Positions 16,062 to 23,093 of a DNA stretch of 24,000 nt are shown piece after piece. The notes beneath the pieces were generated by a model. The model saw only the letters and a list, made by a program, of their open reading frames with translations, was not told where the DNA came from and ran no database searches. Source of the stretch: an uncultured Acidobacteriota bacterium (GTDB lineage Bacteria > Acidobacteriota > Blastocatellia > Pyrinomonadales > Pyrinomonadaceae); contig CAVVHV010000006.1 of assembly GCA_963748155.1 (NCBI GenBank), forward strand, positions 562,648 to 586,647. The letters are read 5' to 3'. Position 1 is the stretch's first letter. Each line of letters starts with the position of its first letter. A program made the translations under genes and the position numbers.

Positions 16062-18113
16062 ATGAAACTCACCCCTGGATTTCTTAACAGGCAAAACGTC
16101 GTTGGTCTAATTTTGGTTGCGATAGCCTGCTCGTTTCTGATTTCTACATTCAGCAAAGTAGAAAGTGCTGTTCAAACAACGAAGCGCACTATCGAAAATA
16201 AAATTCCCGGTCACGTGCCGCTCCAGATCAAGTTTAAGAAAGACAAGGAGGACAAGATAAAGGGTAACAAAGAGTGGTATCGCGACTTTGAAATGGAGAT
16301 TACCAACACCGGTGATAAACCTATTTACTTCTTTTCCCTCTTTATCCAAATGCCCGGCGTTACCGGCGCAGATGGAGGAGTCATGGTGTTTAATGTTTTC
16401 TTCGGAAGAGCGGAACTGGTCGATGCTAACGTCAGACCGGGGCCTGATGACAAGCCGCTTATGCCGAAGGAAACTTATACTTTTGCAATTCCTGTAAAAA
16501 ACCAGATCGCGTGGGAGGCGTGGCAGAAGAGAAATAACAAATACGATGTTCCGAAACTAGAGATTTTGTTCAACCACTTGACTTTCGGTGATGGTACCGG
16601 ATTTATGTCACTCGGCGCGATTCCGTTTCCAGTAAAACAAGATCCGGAGGATTTGGCGCGTTGCCTGCAAAATTCTCCGCCAGCCGAGCGTTGGGCCACC
16701 AACCCGACAAATGCTTCCGGTCTATTAGCAACCGTGCTTGAGACACCGGCGGCTTTTGCGCCGGTGAATTTTTCTTCAGAGGAGTCCGCTGCTTCAACAC
16801 TTTCCATCCCACCGGATATTTGTTGTCCGAGCACATCCTGCAACAAATTCAAGAATGTTACATACACCTGCGTCTGTGACAGTGACCTGAGCAACGCTGC
16901 CAGTATTGCGACAACTCCTTGCAGCGATCCGGCCGGCGCCTGCGGTAATTCGGTCCCAATGAATAGCGCGTGTAGCTTTGCGGGAGTGGAGTGTCCGCAA
17001 AGGGCTTTTACCCCATGCGTTCCCCCGCCCACGCCTACTCCGACACCAACTCCCTGCCCGGCGACCTTCCCTTCGAGCTGTCCAAGCGGTATAGCCAAAG
17101 ATGTTTGTTCGGATCCGGAGAATGACGGATGTCCACCGTTCATGCATCCCGAAGGTGCGTGTTGTGTAATGGATGATTGTAATTATCCGGCTCTGACATG
17201 CCCGCTCGGAAAAACCAAAATACAATCTGGTCCACCAATATGCTCTCAGTTTTGTGCTGAGATCCTTCCCTTACCTGAAGCCGCGTGCCTCGAATTCGGA
17301 TTCGTGTTCAGCATTGCCGGTGGTTGTAGGGAGTCGGTGCCGATTGAACCCGAAGATTGCGAAGACTTCTTTTGGTTCTGGAATTATCAATTTAGTGGTT
17401 GTAATGCAGAACCACAGACATGCAGTGGGCATTGCTCGCCTTATTGGCCACTAGAGTCTGGCGGATGCGAATTTGGTCTGGACTACTGCGCTTTTCAATG
17501 GGGCTGCCCCTTTGGCTTTACTGATGGCGGGTCTGGATGTTGTTGTGGTCCAACACCCGTATTGATTGACGTCGCGGGAAATGGATTTGCATTAACCGAT
17601 GCGTATAGCGGTGTTAATTTTGATATGGGAGGCGATGGTCATAGTGAACCGATAGCCTGGACGACCAGCGGTACGGATGACGCCTGGCTGGTACTCGACC
17701 GTAATGGTAACGGTAAGATTGACAGTGCTAAAGAGATGTTTGGAAATTTCACCGAACAGCCAATTACCGCACCTCCGAATGGATTCCGAGCCCTTGCCGA
17801 GTATGACAAGCCCGAAAAAGGCGGTAATCGAGATGGTCGGATCCGCAACAGCGATGCCGTCCATGCATCACTTCGCCTCTGGCAAGATGTGAATAAGAAT
17901 GGTGTCTCGGAGCCTTCCGAGCTGCATTCGCTTTCAGAGTTCGGTCTAAATACGCTCGAGCTCACGTTTAAGGAGTCGAAAAAGACTGACCAATACGGTA
18001 ACCAGTTCAGATATCGCGCCAAAGTGAAAGATGAGAACTCCCGGATTAGTCGGTGGGCCTGGGATGTGATTCTCCAGGTGAATCCTCCGCCAAAACGTGG
18101 GGCTAAGAAGTAG
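16062..18113 (+). CDS. Secreted or lipid-anchored cysteine-rich protein with a C-terminal EF-hand-like Ca-binding repeat domain (function unknown)
   Basis: Intact ORF; ATG 16062 is preferred over the tracked GTG 16053 because of the SD spacing.
N-terminus: MKLTPGFLNRQNVVGLILVAIAC, a signal or possible lipobox.
Residues ~40-200: a beta-rich-looking module (FEMEITNTGDKPIYFFSLFI...).
Residues ~250-500: more than 40 Cys plus a PPPTPTPTPTPCP linker.
C-terminus: DxDxDG-like loops (FDMGGDGHSE, LDRNGNGKIDSAKEMFG, GGNRDGRIRNSD, QDVNKNGVSEPSEL). Confidence 0.8.
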   Translation: MKLTPGFLNRQNVVGLILVAIACSFLISTFSKVESAVQTTKRTIENKIPGHVPLQIKFKKDKEDKIKGNKEWYRDFEMEITNTGDKPIYFFSLFIQMPGVTGADGGVMVFNVFFGRAELVDANVRPGPDDKPLMPKETYTFAIPVKNQIAWEAWQKRNNKYDVPKLEILFNHLTFGDGTGFMSLGAIPFPVKQDPEDLARCLQNSPPAERWATNPTNASGLLATVLETPAAFAPVNFSSEESAASTLSIPPDICCPSTSCNKFKNVTYTCVCDSDLSNAASIATTPCSDPAGACGNSVPMNSACSFAGVECPQRAFTPCVPPPTPTPTPTPCPATFPSSCPSGIAKDVCSDPENDGCPPFMHPEGACCVMDDCNYPALTCPLGKTKIQSGPPICSQFCAEILPLPEAACLEFGFVFSIAGGCRESVPIEPEDCEDFFWFWNYQFSGCNAEPQTCSGHCSPYWPLESGGCEFGLDYCAFQWGCPFGFTDGGSGCCCGPTPVLIDVAGNGFALTDAYSGVNFDMGGDGHSEPIAWTTSGTDDAWLVLDRNGNGKIDSAKEMFGNFTEQPITAPPNGFRALAEYDKPEKGGNRDGRIRNSDAVHASLRLWQDVNKNGVSEPSELHSLSEFGLNTLELTFKESKKTDQYGNQFRYRAKVKDENSRISRWAWDVILQVNPPPKRGAKK

Positions 18114-18143
18114 AGACCTTCGACCACGCAGCGTCAATTGAAC

Positions 18144-18358
18144 TACGCCGAAGGCGTTGGCTAATTTGAGCCCAGGGTTGGAGCGCAGCGACAACCCTGG
18201 GTAAGAATCGAAAAATTAGATTGAACCCTGAAAGGGTTCGGCGGTCGGCAAACCCTTTCAGGGTTTCAATAATTATCATTGCTTGACCCAAGGTTGTCGC
18301 TGCGCTCCAACCTTGGGCTCAAATTAGCCAACGCCTTCGGCGTTTCAAACTGAACCAG
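18144..18358. repeat. ~215-bp nested-palindrome MITE-like element, copy B (same orientation as copy A)
   Basis: Aligns with 15666-15882 with about eight differences, including two 1-nt indels. It starts 30 nt after the stop of the 16062-18113 gene. Confidence 0.9.
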
Positions 18359-18380
18359 CACTCTATTTTACTTTCCCAAG

Positions 18381-18415
18381 AAAAAAAGGCCCAGTCGAGT
18401 TAAATCGACTGGGCC
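18381..18415 (-). terminator. Rho-independent terminator of the ABC exporter gene
   Basis: The perfect 11-bp stem ggcccagtcga / tcgactgggcc (18388-18415) has a 6-nt loop. On the minus strand it is followed by TTTTTTT (complement of 18381-18387). It lies 27 nt downstream of the stop at 18442. Confidence 0.65.
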
Positions 18416-18441
18416 AATTCTGACAAACTCAACAAAGTTAC

Positions 18442-20133
18442 TTAGGAAAGCATTTTTGCTGCTTGTGCCTGGTCGTGGCTGGGGAAGCTTACCGGCTCCT
18501 GCGACTCGAGTTGTTCGCAATCGTATTCCAACTTCCCGTCTTCAAGTTTGATCAGGCGGTCGGCCACATCGTAGTAGCGATCGTCGTGACTGATGACGAT
18601 AACTGTCTTGCCTCTCGCCTTCAGCTCAGGTAACAGTGACTGATAAAAGGTCTGCTTGAAAGTCGGGTCCTGATCGGCGGCCCATTCGTCAAACAGATAG
18701 ATCGAACGATCTTCGAGATAGGCTGTGAGCAGGGCCAGGCGTTTACGTTGTCCCTGTGAAAGCTGCGTCGTCGAAAGCACTCCTTCTTTGACGTCGAGCT
18801 TGTGATTGAGCTGAAGCTTGACGAGATACTCGCGGGCCTTATCGTCGAGCTTCGGTGCCTCCAGTCCGAGCAAACTGTCGAAAAGGAAAAAGTCGGAGAA
18901 GACCACTGTGAAGTGTTGGCGATACCAGTCACGATTCTCATCCGTAACTGGCTGACCATTAATGCGCAGCTCACCCTCCTCTGGCGGATAGAGTCCAATC
19001 AGAAGTTTTGCGAGTGTCGTCTTGCCGCTGCCATTGCCTCCGGTGATAAACACGAGCTCACCCGGCGTGAGTTTCAGATCAACAGGCCCAAGCGTGAAGC
19101 GACTGTTTTCGGCCTCGCGATAATAGCTATGAGCGACCCCTCGCAGTTCTACAGTCTCCCATGCGGGTAACTCTTCGGATGTCTCCGCTGCTTCTTTTTC
19201 CGTTGTATTATTTGCAAGCGACAGGCCCAACGAATCCACCCTCTCCAAAGCAATGTTGGCGCGAAACATCGTCGGCAACATGATGGAGACGAGTTCGATT
19301 GGCATCATTATGAAAAGCAGCAGAAGCGTGTAGCCGGTCAAAACGTCTGTACTTGTATTCGTGTATACCGGCACCGCGAAGACAAGCAGACCTATTAATA
19401 GAAAGAACAGAACTTGTCCCATCCCACTGGCGGCGGTGGTGATCCCACTACCGATAACATTATGACGCCGGTACGATTTGGCCGTCGCTTGTAGTATGCG
19501 CTCCATGAAAGACTGGCGACGGTTGCGATGGAGCTTCAATTCCTTGTTGCCGTCGATCAGAGCCCGAAAGTGTTTGAACAGCGAATCGTGATCTTCACGC
19601 GCGAGACGGAGGTAACGCGTCGCCTTTCGTACAGCCATCTGAAACATGAACATCCCTGCGCTCATAAAAATGACAACTCCGATGAGCACGGGCCACGAAA
19701 GCCAGCCCAGGTAAATCAGACTGGCGATCAAGATTGTAGACTGCATGATGATCGTAGGAATGCCGGCAAGCGCGCTGCTTACAGTTGTCACGTCGTCAGT
19801 GAGTGCAGCGAGCAGACGATGCGGGCCGACTTCTTCGAGTTGACGCAAGGGAGCGCCAAGGATTTGACGGCTCAAGTGCGTGCGCAGATCGTAAATTGCT
19901 GTTTGCACGACATGCGAAAGTGTGACCTGCGAAGCAACGCGACTGATCGGCAGAACAATCCAAAGTGCAATAAAGCCCCACAACAGATTTGGGGAAGCCG
20001 ATTTCCCGGCTGTGAGAGCTGCATGGATAATTGCCAGCAGCGCCGCGTTGCAAGCGCCACAAACAATGCCACCGAAGATCGCGAGAATAACGGTGCGCCT
20101 CGAGTAGCTCAACAATACAGATATGAGTTTCAT
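18442..20133 (-). CDS. ABC exporter, fused TMD-NBD half-transporter of the cyclic-peptide transporter type (SyrD/PvdE/YojI-like)
   Basis: Intact 563-aa ORF with an N-terminal six-helix domain. Walker A GGNGSGKTTLAKLL, signature LSQGQRKRLALLTA, Walker B IYLFDEWAADQDP, H-loop VIVISHDD. The size and the DEWAADQD form match the cyc_pep_trnsptr family as I remember it. SD TAGGAG precedes the ATG. Confidence 0.85.
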   Translation of the reverse strand: MKLISVLLSYSRRTVILAIFGGIVCGACNAALLAIIHAALTAGKSASPNLLWGFIALWIVLPISRVASQVTLSHVVQTAIYDLRTHLSRQILGAPLRQLEEVGPHRLLAALTDDVTTVSSALAGIPTIIMQSTILIASLIYLGWLSWPVLIGVVIFMSAGMFMFQMAVRKATRYLRLAREDHDSLFKHFRALIDGNKELKLHRNRRQSFMERILQATAKSYRRHNVIGSGITTAASGMGQVLFFLLIGLLVFAVPVYTNTSTDVLTGYTLLLLFIMMPIELVSIMLPTMFRANIALERVDSLGLSLANNTTEKEAAETSEELPAWETVELRGVAHSYYREAENSRFTLGPVDLKLTPGELVFITGGNGSGKTTLAKLLIGLYPPEEGELRINGQPVTDENRDWYRQHFTVVFSDFFLFDSLLGLEAPKLDDKAREYLVKLQLNHKLDVKEGVLSTTQLSQGQRKRLALLTAYLEDRSIYLFDEWAADQDPTFKQTFYQSLLPELKARGKTVIVISHDDRYYDVADRLIKLEDGKLEYDCEQLESQEPVSFPSHDQAQAAKMLS

Positions 20134-20164
20134 GTTCTTATGCTCCTACACTCTTGCTTGGAAG

Positions 20165-20265
20165 GGGTCAGTACCACCTGCGGTAGCGGGTGGGTGCGCA
20201 GCCATGCGGCGACTGCGCTGCTTGAGGGCTACGCACCCACCCGCTACCGCGGGTGGTACTGACCC
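20165..20265. repeat. REPIN-like inverted doublet (copy 2), inside the minus-strand gene string
   Basis: gggtcagtaccacctgcggtagcgggtgggtgcg (20165-20198) is inverted at 20232-20265 with one T-G difference. Its 33-nt centre shares gcgactgc and tgcttgagggct with the longer centre of copy 1. Confidence 0.85.
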
Positions 20266-20295
20266 GGTTCAGACGAAGTAAATAAGTAGTCTGGA

Positions 20296-21090
20296 CTACT
20301 GATCGGGCGTTATCTCATTGAGGTGCTTCGTTTGGCTGGGCGTGAGGATCTTGCGTGCGTCAAACAGGATTCCTGTATTCACCTCTATTTGTTCGGCAAT
20401 AATCGCAATCACCTCATCGCGGCGCTGGTTCACCGCAGCTTCGTCAAACTGCTCACTAAAAATCGCTTGCTCGAGAGCTTCACGGGCTGCTTTTTCCTTC
20501 TGGCTCAACGTCATCATCTTCGCCACGCGACTGTTAACCACAGTCCCCACTTGCGAATTCTGATCACTACTCAGGCCGATGTCAGAGAATTTTTCCGGGA
20601 GTTGCACAATCAATTGATAATCATTGCGCTCAAGCGGCAGTTCAGGACGAATGCGGGTTACCTGTTCGGAGGTGAGAACCTTGCGCATTGCTGTATGCAG
20701 TTCTATGTTGACCTGGACGCGTTTGGCATTGGCGGCAACTAATTCACCCTGACGTTGCTTTACGGCGCTTTCATCAAGTGCGTCATTCATGATCACCTTC
20801 GCCAAGGCGGTGAAGGCCCTGCGCTTTTCCTGCTCAGCACTTAACAAGTCGTCCTGAAATCTGCTGGGGACGGCCTGCAACTGAGCTTTCTGATCTGTTG
20901 AGAGAGCCAATAGCTTAGTGATGCGAGGCGGGAGGGTAATGACCAACCGAAATTTCGTGTTGTAGTCCTGGCGACCGGCCGCATTGGATGCAGCAGATTT
21001 GGAACTCTGTCCTTTAATAGCCGCAAATAAGAATACTGCGGCTAAAAACACCAGAGCCACGAGGTTGATTCCTAAGTACAATTGGTTCAT
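20296..21090 (-). CDS. Periplasmic Spy/CpxP-like LTXXQ-motif protein, internally duplicated
   Basis: Intact 264-aa ORF with an N-terminal signal or anchor (LGINLVALVFLAAVFLFAAI). Four LTXXQ-type motifs: LSTDQKAQL, LTSEQVTRI, LSSDQNSQV, LTPSQTKHL. The two ~90-aa halves align (ALDESAVKQRQGELVAANAKRVQVNIELHTAMRKVLTSEQ with QFDEAAVNQRRDEVIAIIAEQIEVNTGILFDARKILTPSQ). The ATG overlaps the upstream stop (ATGA at 21090-21087). Confidence 0.65.
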   Translation of the reverse strand: MNQLYLGINLVALVFLAAVFLFAAIKGQSSKSAASNAAGRQDYNTKFRLVITLPPRITKLLALSTDQKAQLQAVPSRFQDDLLSAEQEKRRAFTALAKVIMNDALDESAVKQRQGELVAANAKRVQVNIELHTAMRKVLTSEQVTRIRPELPLERNDYQLIVQLPEKFSDIGLSSDQNSQVGTVVNSRVAKMMTLSQKEKAAREALEQAIFSEQFDEAAVNQRRDEVIAIIAEQIEVNTGILFDARKILTPSQTKHLNEITPDQ

Positions 21091-22766
21091 AAACTCCTCC
21101 CCTCGTTAAGGGTTTGATTGTTAGCGTAATCTGCATCTCCGGCAAAGCCGCCTGAGCTCCAAACCGAGCCCGGCAGGCTGTCAAAATAAATGTCGCAATT
21201 GCCATTGAGGAGGCGGACTTCGACCAAACCGGCTTCGCGAGCCACACTCAGGAAGCGCTGTGCCTCCTTAATCTGCGTTGCGTCCGGTGTATAGGCCAGG
21301 CCGAGGAGAAATTCGAGCCACGGCTCAAGTCCCATTGCGTACACATAAAGTCGTTCTGCGCCGACAGCTTCAAGCAGGCAAAGACCTCTGTTTGAATCAC
21401 ATCCTTTGTACCTGCGAGATTGATTTATGCTGTGCTTGGGTTGGCGCGGCAGGATTGAGCCGCTGGTCCATGTAAGCGGAGCTCCAACACACTCCATTCC
21501 TAAAAACACAGTATGAATTGGACCAAGCACACGCCGAAGGTTTCGATACATTTCCTGATCGAGACAATCGGAGTCGGCGGCGAACAAAATCCGATGTTGA
21601 CCTGCGCGCACGACGTAGGCCGTTTTTCCATGAGGTAAATCCGCGTGCTCTCCCAGAAACGGAATCCCGATGATCTCTCCATCAGAAACACTGATCGATT
21701 CGAGAGCATCGATTTCGATCACGCGCTTGAAGCCAATCGCCTGCGCACACAACTTGAGCGAAAGATCTCCATAGAACGTTCCGTTTGAGCGTGGGACAAC
21801 CAGACATCCGATTTTGTGACGCAACCGCAACAGCGACTCCACGCAGAAGTGATCGTGGTGCGCGTGTGTGACCAGGACATAATCGATCCGCGGCGGGAGG
21901 TTCTCATACGTCAACCGTTCTGTGTTCACCTCTGCCGGTCTCACGCCTAGACACGGATCAGTCAAAATCGTGACTCCATTCCACTCAATCAGGACACAAG
22001 CGTGGCCCACGTAGCGAATGCGAGGCTCCGTGCCCTTCCACGTCTCGTATTCGGGAAGCTCTTCCGTAGTCAACAAAGGTAATAAAGAACTCTCTGCTGA
22101 AGACGGCAAGCCAAATAGTTCGCGTATGTATCCCAATTCCTGCGAAGTGGTATCGAGCCGGCAGAGTTCATCCACCTGCTCACTCTCAAATGGAACACTC
22201 CAATGAATCTCCTCCGGCTGCGGAAGTCGCGGGGTATTCATGAAGAACGGCCGGCTGTCGTCGCGTTGCCGGAATATCCGGAACGACTGAAGCTGTTTCT
22301 TGTGGTAGCCACTCTGGTAAAGCAGTCCTTCGAAGAACCGAACGATGGGATGATCGTAGTAGTCGTAAACCAGCTCAACATATCCTCTCAGCTCAGGAGG
22401 CAATTTTTCATAATAGGAATCGAGGCTAAGCCCATCAGCCTGGCTCGAAAGCTGATTGTGAAAAGCGATGACACTCTCCGCAAATCGCAGATTGTCTGCC
22501 TGCTCGGCTTCCGTATTTCGCAAAAAGTCTTTGACCTCAGCCGCTCTCGCAGCGGGAATGTCCACCACCCTGCCGCTGCGCAGACGCAGATTCTGGCATG
22601 CTTCAGCGTGAGATTGCGGGCTATCCAGATAGGACCGTAACAAATTGCTCTGATAGTTCCGCAGGTGCAGACTGGAGACCACTGGCCCCAGCACGTTCGC
22701 CCATGCCACCCACTTATTAACTAACGGTTCGATCGCCGTACTCGCATTCAACCTATACATAGACAT
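21087..22766 (-). CDS. Two-domain protein: ~255-aa N-terminal domain of unknown function + MBL-fold metallo-hydrolase
   Basis: Intact 559-aa ORF. The HxHxDH motif appears as LVTHAHHDHF (about 21846-21872), with downstream FLGEHADLPHG and LFAADSD as metal-ligand candidates. I could not place the N-terminal half (..LVNKWVAWANVLGPVVSSLHLRNYQ..YVELVYDYYDHPIVRFFEGLLYQS..) in any family. Confidence 0.75.
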   Translation of the reverse strand: MSMYRLNASTAIEPLVNKWVAWANVLGPVVSSLHLRNYQSNLLRSYLDSPQSHAEACQNLRLRSGRVVDIPAARAAEVKDFLRNTEAEQADNLRFAESVIAFHNQLSSQADGLSLDSYYEKLPPELRGYVELVYDYYDHPIVRFFEGLLYQSGYHKKQLQSFRIFRQRDDSRPFFMNTPRLPQPEEIHWSVPFESEQVDELCRLDTTSQELGYIRELFGLPSSAESSLLPLLTTEELPEYETWKGTEPRIRYVGHACVLIEWNGVTILTDPCLGVRPAEVNTERLTYENLPPRIDYVLVTHAHHDHFCVESLLRLRHKIGCLVVPRSNGTFYGDLSLKLCAQAIGFKRVIEIDALESISVSDGEIIGIPFLGEHADLPHGKTAYVVRAGQHRILFAADSDCLDQEMYRNLRRVLGPIHTVFLGMECVGAPLTWTSGSILPRQPKHSINQSRRYKGCDSNRGLCLLEAVGAERLYVYAMGLEPWLEFLLGLAYTPDATQIKEAQRFLSVAREAGLVEVRLLNGNCDIYFDSLPGSVWSSGGFAGDADYANNQTLNEGRSL

Positions 22767-22845
22767 GTTCTTGCCGTCCTTTCATGTCCACGATCCTCTC
22801 CTTCGTTTTCCTTCGTCCTGGCTTTGCACAAAAAGTCCTGAAATC

Positions 22846-23057
22846 CCACCCACGGCAGTGGGTGGTTCATTCAAATACTTTCTACAAACTTAGATAGTGA
22901 CTTCGGAATCCCACCAACGGTAGTTGGTGGATTGTTCAGGTTCTTTCTAAAAAGGATTTGAAGTATCCACCCACTACCGTGGGTGGGATTACCGTTGGCC
23001 TTCAGGAGATGTCTATAGAAAGGATGTGAATGATCCACCCACTGCCGTGGGTGGGAT
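22846..23057. repeat. Four REP-type hairpin units in nested inverted order (-> -> <- <-)
   Basis: H1 is ccacccac-ggca-gtgggtgg (22846-22865). H2 is aatcccaccaac-ggta-gttggtggatt (22907-22933). H3 is atccacccac-tacc-gtgggtgggatt (22965-22990). H4 is atccacccac-tgcc-gtgggtgggat (23033-23057). Each unit carries a ~20-nt tail of the form ttca..t.ctttcta on its outer side. The 30 nt around H4 are the reverse complement of those around H1, apart from one base. Confidence 0.85.
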
Positions 23058-23093
23058 TTCAGAACTATTGCGCAAAGGGCTTCGTCCTTGATG

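Noticed and set aside
17020-17060. ccn-acn microsatellite-like run encoding PPPTPTPTPTPCP
   Set aside because: It is in frame inside a well-supported gene and is typical of a Pro/Thr interdomain linker. It is not an independent repeat element.
16475-17143. Long antisense ORFs: 222 aa at 16475-17143 (-), 162 aa at 17639-18127 (-), 244 aa at 19528-20262 (+), 182 aa at 3139-3687 (-), 145 aa at 22203-22640 (+)
   Set aside because: Each lies wholly opposite a gene with strong motif support. Their translations are low-complexity or Arg/Gly/Ser-rich with no recognisable motifs, as expected for the complementary frame of coding sequence.
22846-23057. Regularly spaced short repeats that could be read as a mini CRISPR array
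   Set aside because: There are only four units. Each is a near-perfect palindrome occurring in both orientations. Centre-to-centre spacing is uneven (about 65, 56 and 68 nt), parts of the spacers are themselves repeated tails, and no cas genes are nearby. This is REP/BIME-like, not CRISPR.
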